The notes under the pieces: model-generated
Database searches by the model: none
Seen by the model: only the letters and a program-made list of their open reading frames with translations
What the model was told of the DNA's origin: nothing
Position numbers and translations under genes: made by a program
Shown: piece by piece, positions 38,604 to 47,134 of the stretch
How the letters are laid out: each line of letters starts with the position of its first letter
Position numbering within the stretch: the first letter of the stretch is position 1
Assembly: GCA_944391505.1 (NCBI GenBank)
Contig: CALXTV010000008.1
Location: 2,109 to 66,108 of the forward strand
DNA: 64,000 nucleotides
Direction: 5' to 3'
Origin: an uncultured Alphaproteobacteria bacterium
GTDB lineage: Bacteria; Pseudomonadota; Alphaproteobacteria; RF32; CAG-239

Positions 38604-39335
38604 ATGCAGGAACGTCTCCTTTCTCATTGCAACGAACGTCGGACACCGGTGGATATGCTGGTGCTCCATGCCACCTGCCATGCCGACGCGGCCGAAGTTT
38701 TCGAAAGTCTCGACAAACTGGAGCTGAGCTGCCATTACTTTATCGATCTCAACGGCGGCATCACCCGCATGGTTGACGAAAAGATGCGCGCCTGGCATGC
38801 CGGCGTTGCCTATTGGCGCGGCATAGACACGGATTTGAACTCTCATTCCGTCGGCATTGAAATCGGCAATTTGAGTCTGGGCCAGCAGGATTTTACTCAG
38901 GCCCAGATTGAAAAACTGATTCCTTTCTGCCTCGGACTGATAAAAAAATACAATCTCGATCCGCGCAACATTGTCGCCCATTCCGACATTGCCCCTGCAC
39001 GCAAACCGGATCCAGGCATCTGTTTTCCGTGGAAAAAACTGGCTCAGGCCGGCATCGGCCTGTGGTATGATGAGAAAGATGCCGAAAAAATCGACAGCGA
39101 AGACCCGGCCGAACTTCTCAAAATCATCGGCTACGACACCCGCGACGAAGAAAAGACCATTGCTTCGGCCTATGCTTTCCGCCGCCGTTTTCTGCCGGAA
39201 GAAGTTGCCCCTGACCCGGACATCAAACATTTGGTCGACAACGTCTACCCGGTCGGCCGCCGAGAGCTTCTGCAAGGCAAAAAATTCATCCGCACGCTGA
39301 AAGCCGTCGCCTGCAGCTATGCCGGCAAGCCTTAA
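38604..39335 (+). CDS. N-acetylmuramoyl-L-alanine amidase (Amidase_2, AmiD/AmpD-like)
   Basis: LVLHAT, SCHY, RAWHAG, NSHSVGIEI, HSDIAPARKPDPG. Confidence 0.93.
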   Translation: MQERLLSHCNERRTPVDMLVLHATCHADAAEVFESLDKLELSCHYFIDLNGGITRMVDEKMRAWHAGVAYWRGIDTDLNSHSVGIEIGNLSLGQQDFTQAQIEKLIPFCLGLIKKYNLDPRNIVAHSDIAPARKPDPGICFPWKKLAQAGIGLWYDEKDAEKIDSEDPAELLKIIGYDTRDEEKTIASAYAFRRRFLPEEVAPDPDIKHLVDNVYPVGRRELLQGKKFIRTLKAVACSYAGKP

Positions 39336-39343
39336 AATCTTCA

Positions 39344-39371
39344 TTGCAAATTAGAAATTACCGCTTATAAT
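39344..39371 (+). promoter_or_regulatory. sigma70-like promoter for the structured leader and HTH gene
   Basis: TTGCAA-N16-TATAAT. Confidence 0.65.
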
Positions 39372-39378
39372 CATCTCT

Positions 39379-39560
39379 GCGACCGGAAACGGTTAAACCG
39401 GCGGCGGAGTGTGGAAACTCCTCAAACAGAACCGAATATATGACCTCCTGCAAGGGAGGATGGTACGATATAAGCCGCTTTTGCGGACGAATTAGTACAC
39501 TGTCTGTTTGCAGTTTCCAACTCCTCCCACCTTACCGTCAAGTAAGGTGGTTTTGTTTTT
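39379..39560 (+). ncRNA. C4/ash-like structured leader RNA with an internal antisense pair and an attenuating terminator
   Basis: GGAGTGTGGAAACT..CAAACAG (39406-39429) is complementary to CTGTTTGCAGTTTCCAACTCC (39504-39524); terminator CCACCTTAC/GTAAGGTGG plus T-run at 39527-39560. Confidence 0.55.
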
Positions 39561-39587
39561 AACAAAACATTGAAGGAGTTGAACATC

Positions 39588-39815
39588 ATGGCAACCAAAA
39601 ACAACGAAATTATCAAAATCAGAAACGGCATTTCCCGTCAACTGCATGAGGCCCGTATCAGCGCGCATTTATCTCTGGTGCAGGTCGAAAAGCTGACCGG
39701 CATTCCGGCCGATGTTATCGACTGGTTGGAAGTCGGCATCAAGCCGGTTGACATCGGCCACCTGCACCAGTTGGCCAAGGCTTACGGCAAAACCGTCAAA
39801 ATCAGTCTGGTCTGA
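39588..39815 (+). CDS. Small XRE-family HTH protein
   Basis: AAGGAG RBS; LHEARISAHLSLVQVEKLTGI...IDWLEVG. Confidence 0.85.
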   Translation: MATKNNEIIKIRNGISRQLHEARISAHLSLVQVEKLTGIPADVIDWLEVGIKPVDIGHLHQLAKAYGKTVKISLV

Positions 39816-39821
39816 AAAATT

Positions 39822-39845
39822 AAAGCCCCTCTGAAGAGGGGCTTT
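39822..39845. terminator. Bidirectional terminator
   Basis: AAAGCCCCTC-TGAA-GAGGGGCTTT. Confidence 0.8.
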
Positions 39846-39851
39846 GGCAAA

Positions 39852-41165
39852 CTAGGGCAACAGCGGCGACCAGGCCGGATCCGAAGCCTCGGCCGGCGTC
39901 ACAATCATACGCTCATTATACCCGGTCAAATCAATAGAATACAGCTTGACCGGCGCATTACTGCGGGAAGTTCCCTTATCCTGACGGAAATACATCAGCA
40001 CGCGGCCGTTCGGCGACCAGGTCGGCCCCTCAACCAGATAACCGCTGGCCAGCAGGCGTTCGCCGCTGCCGTCCGGATACATAACGCCGATATAGAACTG
40101 GCCGTTGGCCATTTTCGTAAAGGCAATATAATCGCCGCGCGGCGACCATACCGGCGTTGCATAGCGCCCGGTACCGAAACTGATTCGGTGCACGTCGGAA
40201 CCGTCTGCATTCATCACATAAAGCTGCTGATTACCGCCGCGGTCGGAGTTGAACACAATCTGGCTGCCGTCCGGCGAATAGCTCGGCGAAGTATCAATAG
40301 AGGGTCCGGAAGTCAGTTGCCTGCTGGTACGGCGTTTCAAATCCATTTCATAGATATTGGTGCGGCCGTTGTTCGCATAGCTCAACAGAACCTTGCTGCT
40401 GTCCGGCGAAAAACGCGGCGCAAAAGTCATGCCCGGAAAAGAACCCAGCAGCTCCTGCTGTCCGGTTTCAATATCCAGAATATAAACCTTCGGTATGGAT
40501 CCGGCATAAGACATATAAGTTACCTTTTGCAGGTTTGGCGAAAAACGCGGCGTCAGCGCCATCGCGGCACCCGAGGTCAGAAACTTGTGGTTTTCGCCGT
40601 CCTGATCCATAATCGCCAGCCGTTTAACGCGCTTAGTGGCCGGCCCGGTTTCGGAAACATAAACAATCCGGGTATCAAAATAACCTTTTTCCCCGGTCAG
40701 ACGCTCATAAATCGCATCGGCAATCACATGCGCAACCCTGCGCCAGTTGTCTTTGGTGGTGGTAAAAGACTGGCCTTTGAGCTGATTCTCGGCATAAACG
40801 TCCCACAAACGGAACTCAACCCGCAGCGTATTCGGATCAACGTCCTTAACCGCGCTTTGTACCAAAGCATGTGCGCTAATCGCTTTCCAGTCGACAAAAT
40901 TCGGCTGCTCGTCCACTGACGTCAGCTCCTGGATATAGCTGTTTTCGGGAATAATGCGAAACAGCCCCGAACGCTCCAAATCCGCAATGACAACGCTACG
41001 GATTTTGCTTGCATACTGCCCGACCCAGAAACCCTCGTGAATCATTTCCGGAAAGGCAAGCGGCAGCGGATCGCGCATTGCACCGGTTACGTCAATTTGC
41101 AGTTCGGCTTTAGCCGGGGTTACGATCAGACACATAACAAGGGCTAAAATATGTTTCAACTTCAT
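39852..41165 (-). CDS. tolB: Tol-Pal beta-propeller protein TolB
   Basis: [20 protein letters not shown]40 repeats, PAWSPLL. Confidence 0.97.
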   Translation of the reverse strand: MKLKHILALVMCLIVTPAKAELQIDVTGAMRDPLPLAFPEMIHEGFWVGQYASKIRSVVIADLERSGLFRIIPENSYIQELTSVDEQPNFVDWKAISAHALVQSAVKDVDPNTLRVEFRLWDVYAENQLKGQSFTTTKDNWRRVAHVIADAIYERLTGEKGYFDTRIVYVSETGPATKRVKRLAIMDQDGENHKFLTSGAAMALTPRFSPNLQKVTYMSYAGSIPKVYILDIETGQQELLGSFPGMTFAPRFSPDSSKVLLSYANNGRTNIYEMDLKRRTSRQLTSGPSIDTSPSYSPDGSQIVFNSDRGGNQQLYVMNADGSDVHRISFGTGRYATPVWSPRGDYIAFTKMANGQFYIGVMYPDGSGERLLASGYLVEGPTWSPNGRVLMYFRQDKGTSRSNAPVKLYSIDLTGYNERMIVTPAEASDPAWSPLLP

Positions 41166-41278
41166 TATACCACCTATGAAAATGAGAAAAAAATTTACTT
41201 GAGCAGAATAGTAGTATAATATTCTTAAAAATCAATTAGCAAATAGCTGTAATTTTAAGAATTAAAAGAGGTTTTGTT

Positions 41279-41737
41279 TTGGACATCCGCGAATTCAAAT
41301 CGGCATTAAAGCCGTATCGGGCGCTCATCGGCTTCGATTACGGCGCCAAACGTCTCGGCGTCGCTGTTTCCGACTTGCTGTTGACCGTTGCCACGTCATA
41401 TAAAATCATCCAGCGCAGCGGTTGGGAAAAAGACCTGGCCGAAATCAAAAAAATCCTGTCGGAAAAAGAGATTGGCGGCATGGTCTTCGGCCTGCCCCTG
41501 CAAATGAACGGCGAAGAGGGAGAAATTGCCAAAGAAGTCCGTAACTTTGCCGAAAAACTCCAAAAAGCAACCGGCCTGCCGACCTTTTTCTGGGATGAAA
41601 GATTATCGTCATCGGCCATGGAAAATTTTCTGATTAAGGAAGTCGACATGTCCCGGAGCAAACGCCGCAAGGTTCTCGATTCTTCTGCCGCTGCCTACAT
41701 TTTGCAGGGTGCACTCGATGCCCTCCGCTTTGCCTGA
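41279..41737 (+). CDS. ruvX: YqgF/RuvX family nuclease
   Basis: DYGAKRLGVAVSD, GLP, WDERLSS, DSSAA. Confidence 0.95.
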   Translation: MDIREFKSALKPYRALIGFDYGAKRLGVAVSDLLLTVATSYKIIQRSGWEKDLAEIKKILSEKEIGGMVFGLPLQMNGEEGEIAKEVRNFAEKLQKATGLPTFFWDERLSSSAMENFLIKEVDMSRSKRRKVLDSSAAAYILQGALDALRFA

Positions 41738-41752
41738 AAAACTTACCTCCCC

Positions 41753-42327
41753 GACATTTCGTATTAGTTCCCGTTATACAGATTTCACAAAACTTTGAAG
41801 AATGAGGGAAATAATGAGGGTTCATTTTACCCGCTAATCCTGTATGAGTTGACCACTATACGAGGTTTTTCAAAAACCTCGGAGAACGAGGGAAATAATA
41901 AGAAATAAAGGCGAAAGTACCTCTGCCGCAAAAGAAAGCACCCGAATGTGCTTTCTTTAAGGAAAAGCAATGAGACTTGTTGTTGTGAGAAGCGACAGCG
42001 TTACGAAACAACAACCTAGTCGGAATTGGCATCAGTACGTGAGCATTTTTTCAGCTCGCAAAATCTGTACTAGACACCCGTTATACGAGGTTTTCAAAAA
42101 CCTCGGAGAGTGAGTCATATAGTAAGAAACGAGGGGAAAATTTTTTGAGCAATGGCTAAGTAAAAAAGCAACCAGTGTTGCTTTTTTATCTGCAACATCT
42201 CAGAAAACCTTACGCGAGCCAGGAAGCAACAGCGACCACAGCGAGCTTAGGTTCCTGAGTCAAAAAAGTACGTGACTAAAAATTTTACCCCGATGTTTCT
42301 GTACTAGATGACCACTATACGAGGTTT
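41753..42327. repeat. Tandem family-A RPE-like elements (periods 82, 225 and 234 bp)
   Basis: TATAC boundaries at 41775, 41857, 42082, 42316; GAGGTTTT/AAAACCTC hairpin; GTACGTGA core. Confidence 0.85.
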
Positions 42328-44133
42328 TTACTTGTCGCCGATACGCAAAGCCTCAATAAACGCCGATTGGGGAACTTCGACCTTGCCGAACTGCCGCATT
42401 CTGAGCTTGCCTTTTTTCTGCTTGTCCAACAGCTTGCGCTTGCGGGTAACATCGCCGCCGTAACATTTGGCCGTTACGTCTTTACGCAAAGCCGATATTG
42501 TTTCGCGCGCCACCACGCGACCGCCGATGGCCGCCTGAATCGGAATTTTGAACAAATGCCGCGGAATCAGGTCTTTCAGACGCTCACAAATCTGCCGCCC
42601 GCGCGATTCCGCCTCCGAACGGTGACAGAGAAATGCCAGCGCATCAACCGGCTCTTCGTTAATCAGAATTTGCACTTTTACCAAATCGGCTTCTTCATAA
42701 CCGGTCAGTTCATAGTCAAAGCTGGCATAGCCGCTGGTAATCGATTTCAGACGGTCATAAAAGTCAAAAACAATTTCGTTCAGCGGAATCTGATAAACCA
42801 CCATCGCCCGGCTACCAACATAAGTCAGCTCATGCTGCTCGCCGCGGCGCTCGGTGCAAAGTTTGAGAACCGCGCCCAGATATTCGTCCGGCACCATAAT
42901 CGTCGCCTTGACCATCGGCTCTTCAATAAAAGACACCTGCGACAAATCGGGCATATCGGCCGGATTATGCAGCGTTATCGTTTCGCCGTTGGTCATGTGG
43001 ATTTTATAAGCCACCGAGGGAGCCGTCGTAATCAGGTCAAGATCAAACTCGCGCCCCAACCGTTCCTGAATAATTTCCATATGCAGCAGCCCCAGAAAAC
43101 CGCAACGAAAACCCAACCCCAAAGCGGCCGAATTTTCGTTCTGATAATCGATGCTCGCATCATTGAGCTTCAGCTTGGCCAGAGCGTCTTTCAGGCTCTC
43201 GTACTGGCTGCTGTCGACCGGAAAAATCGAACAGAAAACAACCGGCACCGATGGTTTGAAACCATGCAGCGGCGCTGCACAGGGATTTTTGTTGTCGGTA
43301 ATCGTATCGCCGACCCGGCAGTCGCCGACGCTTTTGATGCTGGCGGTCAGAAAACCGATCTCTCCCGGATACAACGCCTCAATATCCTGCATTTTCGGCG
43401 TAAAGATACCAACCTTTTCCACCTGATAAGTGGCATTGTTGCTCATCATTCTGATCTGCATTTTCTTTTTCAGCACGCCGTCTTTAATCCGCACCAGAAT
43501 AACCACGCCGAGATACGGATCATACCAGCTGTCGACCAGCAGTGCCTGCAGCGGCGCTTCGGCATTGCCCTGCGGCGCCGGCAGCTGGTGAACAATTGCC
43601 TCAAGCAAATCTTTGACGCCCGCGCCGGTCTTTCCTGAAGTCTCTACCGCATCGGAAGCATCAAGGCCTATAACATCTTCAATCTGCTGTTTGACCCGGG
43701 CCGCGTCGGCGGAAGGCAGGTCAACCTTGTTTAAAACCGGTACGATTTCATGATTGTTATCCAGCGCCAGATAAACATTTGCCAGCGTCTGCGCTTCCAC
43801 GCCCTGGGTTGCGTCCACCACCAGCACCGACCCTTCGCAGGAAGCCAGCGAACGCGAAACCTCATAAGAGAAGTCAACATGCCCCGGCGTGTCCATCAGA
43901 TTTAACTGATAGGTTTTGCCGTCGTCGGCCTTGTAGTTCAGCCGAACCGTCTGCGCCTTGATGGTAATGCCGCGCTCTTTTTCAATATCCATGGAGTCCA
44001 GCACCTGCTCGGTCATTTCACGGCGCTCCAACCCGCCGCAATATTCAATCATGCGGTCAGCCAGCGTCGATTTTCCATGGTCAATATGGGCAATAATGGC
44101 AAAATTTCTGATTAAATTCAAATCGGTTGTCAT
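42328..44133 (-). CDS. lepA: Elongation factor 4
   Basis: [33 protein letters not shown]. Confidence 0.98.
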   Translation of the reverse strand: MTTDLNLIRNFAIIAHIDHGKSTLADRMIEYCGGLERREMTEQVLDSMDIEKERGITIKAQTVRLNYKADDGKTYQLNLMDTPGHVDFSYEVSRSLASCEGSVLVVDATQGVEAQTLANVYLALDNNHEIVPVLNKVDLPSADAARVKQQIEDVIGLDASDAVETSGKTGAGVKDLLEAIVHQLPAPQGNAEAPLQALLVDSWYDPYLGVVILVRIKDGVLKKKMQIRMMSNNATYQVEKVGIFTPKMQDIEALYPGEIGFLTASIKSVGDCRVGDTITDNKNPCAAPLHGFKPSVPVVFCSIFPVDSSQYESLKDALAKLKLNDASIDYQNENSAALGLGFRCGFLGLLHMEIIQERLGREFDLDLITTAPSVAYKIHMTNGETITLHNPADMPDLSQVSFIEEPMVKATIMVPDEYLGAVLKLCTERRGEQHELTYVGSRAMVVYQIPLNEIVFDFYDRLKSITSGYASFDYELTGYEEADLVKVQILINEEPVDALAFLCHRSEAESRGRQICERLKDLIPRHLFKIPIQAAIGGRVVARETISALRKDVTAKCYGGDVTRKRKLLDKQKKGKLRMRQFGKVEVPQSAFIEALRIGDK

Positions 44134-44265
44134 CTTTTCTACCGTTTCCGTTTAAAAATTTTTCTTGAATAATAGATAAATGAAAATCTCGGATTAAGCA
44201 ATATAATATTGATTGAATTATCAATTTGTGCTAATAATAGGAAGAAGCAAGCAAAGGAGGGCGTC

Positions 44266-44706
44266 ATGAAAAAAATAATAGACATTCCGTTCGGATCTTC
44301 CCGCTATGACGATTTGGTCGAACTCCGCTACAAAGTTTTGCTTGAGCCGCTCGGTCTCAAATTTTTAGACATGCACCGCAACAAAGAGGCCGGCTATCTT
44401 CATATCGGCTGCATTGAAAATCTGGACGATACCCTGGTCGGCGGCCTGATTTTGGCACCGGTCAACAACGAAGAAATCCGCATGATGCAGGTTGCCGTCG
44501 ACAGCCGTTATCAAGGCGAAGGCATTGGCCGCGAAATGGTAAAATATGCCGAAAAACGCGCCAAAGAGGCCGGTTATTCGCGCATTGTCATGCACGCCAT
44601 GCTCTCGGTCGTCAACTTTTACGAAAAAATGGGCTATCATCAGGAAGGCGAAATCTTTGAAGATCAGGGAATAACTTTCGCCCGCATGGTTAAAAGCCTG
44701 GTTTAG
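44266..44706 (+). CDS. GNAT family acetyltransferase
   Basis: GGAGG RBS; QVAVDSRYQGEGIG; FYEKMGY. Confidence 0.92.
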   Translation: MKKIIDIPFGSSRYDDLVELRYKVLLEPLGLKFLDMHRNKEAGYLHIGCIENLDDTLVGGLILAPVNNEEIRMMQVAVDSRYQGEGIGREMVKYAEKRAKEAGYSRIVMHAMLSVVNFYEKMGYHQEGEIFEDQGITFARMVKSLV

Positions 44707-44789
44707 TAGACAAATTTTATACAAAAACATTGCCTTTCTAGAAAATCTGCGTTATTATAGCGCCATAATTTGCTTTGCAAGGAAAAAAC

Positions 44790-45605
44790 ATGGTCGCTTA
44801 TAACTCACAGGAAAAGGCTGAGCTTAACCATATGGTCGCTCTGTGCCGGGAATACCGTTTTCATGAGACCCGCCAAAATATTGTTCAAACGGCGGGATTG
44901 CCGCCGGAAGCCGCAAGACTTTCCATTCCCGAGCTGCGCCGCGCGGTCGAAGCGCAGATAGCGGCAAAAAAAGCTCCGGCGCTTGCCGGTGAAATGCTGC
45001 GGATTGAAAGCACTTTCCGCCATGTCCGCGACATCAACAATTACAATCAGCAACAAACCGCCGTAATCATCAGTCATCTGGATCGCATTTTTCCTTACCT
45101 GAACAAACAAAACCTTTGGCACGTCTCCCGCAAAATGGAACAGATTTATCATCTAAGCGGACAAGAACATTTCTACCACAAACTGAACAAGCAGCCCAAA
45201 ACCACCGACAAAGTCCGCCTGCTCAACCGTCTGATTAAGGATAAAAAAGCACCGCTCCCGGCACCGAACTATGCCGAAACAATCAAAAGAAAAATATGCG
45301 ACGACGGCATCAAAACCATTAATGAGGAATTGCAGCAGTCAAAATCGGATAATGAAAAAATCGGCCTCTGCGAAGAAAAAATATATCTGATTGACAACAG
45401 CGGCTGGAGCCGCAGCCAGCGCTTTCTGGCCAAACATCAGACATACAAAGCGCTTCATACTCTTTATTCCCGAACCGGCAACGAAGACGAGGCCGCACAG
45501 GCTCTGAAAAAAGGAAACAGCTTTCTTTCGGCCTACCAAAAAACACAGCGTTTTCACCCGGAATTTCGTGCCAGACAAGCCTATGAGGAATGGCTTTGCA
45601 AATAA
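44790..45605 (+). CDS. Hypothetical all-helical protein (TPR-like C-terminus)
   Basis: AAGGA RBS; long ORF; no recognisable motif. Confidence 0.7.
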   Translation: MVAYNSQEKAELNHMVALCREYRFHETRQNIVQTAGLPPEAARLSIPELRRAVEAQIAAKKAPALAGEMLRIESTFRHVRDINNYNQQQTAVIISHLDRIFPYLNKQNLWHVSRKMEQIYHLSGQEHFYHKLNKQPKTTDKVRLLNRLIKDKKAPLPAPNYAETIKRKICDDGIKTINEELQQSKSDNEKIGLCEEKIYLIDNSGWSRSQRFLAKHQTYKALHTLYSRTGNEDEAAQALKKGNSFLSAYQKTQRFHPEFRARQAYEEWLCK

Positions 45606-45611
45606 CGCAGG

Positions 45612-46358
45612 TTAGAACTCAAACAGTTTCATCCTCTGAGCAAAAATAAAACCGCCCAGTTCCTTAAGTTTGTGCGTTGCCTTAATCATTTTGAAAACCA
45701 GATAGTCTTCAACCGTCTGATTGCGTCCCAAAACCTGAACCCGGTAATAATCAAACATCTGCTGACACACCTCCGGAGCATAAACGCCGTCGGTCTGCGG
45801 CAAACCGTCCATAAAAGCGTCAATTTCCTTGCAACGCTCAAGAAAATTCTCTATCAGAGAATCAATCGTAAAGCCCTCGGTCAGATTATTTTTCGGCTCA
45901 ATACGCCACTTATTGTCAATCAAAGAATAAACTCCCGTCCAGGCAACGTCCATAATATAAGCGGCCAGTTTCATATCCAGAAACCGTTTCCCGACATAAA
46001 AATACCGGTTCCGGTTATAAAAAGCGCCGCCGGCAAAAGCCAGAAACTTGTCCATTCCGTCCGTATCTTTGGGCAGATAAGGACAATCTTTGTTTAAGAC
46101 TTCAATCTTAACATCAAAATCAGATTTCGGACGATAAAAATACGAAGCCGATGAACCGAGCAAAACAATGTCACCGGTTTCAAGACCACCGATATTTCCG
46201 ACGGTTTCCTTAAACATATAATCGGCGCGATCCAACATACGCAGACGCAAATGTTCCCGAACCTTTCCCTCTCGGGTAAAAACCCGGGGATCCAAAACAT
46301 CATGCACGGTCAGAATCTCCGCGGCAATCCGGTGCAAATCTTCGGGAGAATCAAGCAT
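45612..46358 (-). CDS. Pol-beta superfamily nucleotidyltransferase, paralog 2
   Basis: DIVLLGSSASYFYRPKSDFDV (GS-x10-DxD), LDM third acid, GVYSL..NKW...P; 8-nt overlap with paralog 1. Confidence 0.8.
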   Translation of the reverse strand: MLDSPEDLHRIAAEILTVHDVLDPRVFTREGKVREHLRLRMLDRADYMFKETVGNIGGLETGDIVLLGSSASYFYRPKSDFDVKIEVLNKDCPYLPKDTDGMDKFLAFAGGAFYNRNRYFYVGKRFLDMKLAAYIMDVAWTGVYSLIDNKWRIEPKNNLTEGFTIDSLIENFLERCKEIDAFMDGLPQTDGVYAPEVCQQMFDYYRVQVLGRNQTVEDYLVFKMIKATHKLKELGGFIFAQRMKLFEF

Positions 46359-47130
46359 CTTCAATCTCCAAAACATTTACAAGCTGGTAGTGCGATTCTT
46401 TTATCATATCCAGAAAATTGGCCTTTACGCCAAACTTATTGAAAAAACGATACAGATTATAAGCCAAACCATATTCCTGTTCCGGTCCGTTTTCTTTTTG
46501 CTTCAGGGCATCTTCTTTAAGTTCGGCCAACCGCTGCTCCAGCTTTTTACAGCTTTCAAAAGTAAGATACTGCCCGTCAATTTTTTCCAACCCGTCAGCC
46601 CAAAGATAAAGATCATCGCAATATTTTTTATAAATACCCATAAATTCTTCCGGCGTATAAGAAAAAACCCGGTGTACAGGCATAGCGCGCCAACAGTCGT
46701 CTTTCAGAGAATAAACCCTGCTCCCGGAAAAGAAATAAGACGGCTCAACCAAACCATAATCAATATTGCGTTTAAATAAGTTGAACCGATACCCTTTGTT
46801 TGGAAAAGCCTCATTAATTGTGTCAAAAAGCCGCTGAACAACCCCCGCATCATAATTTTCCATCTCGGGACGGGCAACAACGCCGATATCAACATCTGTC
46901 TTCGCATTGTAAATATAAGAACAAATGCCGCCGCAAAGCACAATATCTTCAATTTTCAAAGGCGAAAGCGCCTTTTGACTCTGTTCAATAAAAAAATCGG
47001 CAATTTTAAGCAGATTCTGACGGACATAATCATACATCTGACCATGTCCGTCAAAAACAATCGGGCACAAAACATCATTGTTTTGCATCTGTTCGGAAAT
47101 ATCGGCCAATAATTCCGCTTCGGTTATCAT
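46351..47130 (-). CDS. Pol-beta superfamily nucleotidyltransferase, paralog 1
   Basis: DIVLCGGICSYIYNAKTDVDI, IDY, VYSL..DCW...P; starts 4 nt after the Cys-rich gene stop. Confidence 0.8.
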   Translation of the reverse strand: MITEAELLADISEQMQNNDVLCPIVFDGHGQMYDYVRQNLLKIADFFIEQSQKALSPLKIEDIVLCGGICSYIYNAKTDVDIGVVARPEMENYDAGVVQRLFDTINEAFPNKGYRFNLFKRNIDYGLVEPSYFFSGSRVYSLKDDCWRAMPVHRVFSYTPEEFMGIYKKYCDDLYLWADGLEKIDGQYLTFESCKKLEQRLAELKEDALKQKENGPEQEYGLAYNLYRFFNKFGVKANFLDMIKESHYQLVNVLEIEDA

Positions 47131-47134
47131 CTTC

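Noticed and set aside
35388-39344. Long minus-strand ORFs of 409 aa and 632 aa
   Set aside because: Antisense to deoB and to djlA/amidase; a codon-bias artefact
39422-39631. 69-aa minus-strand ORF over the structured leader
   Set aside because: No RBS or recognisable motif; the region is better explained as RNA structure plus terminator
41753-42327. CRISPR array interpretation of the tandem repeats (also 49577-50014)
   Set aside because: Periods are irregular (82-234 bp), the would-be spacers are homologous to each other and palindromic, and there are no cas genes
45612-47130. Calling the NTase pair a CBASS or MNT-HEPN system
   Set aside because: No Cap effector, E1/E2/JAB, HORMA or HEPN gene is adjacent; left as an unassigned NTase module
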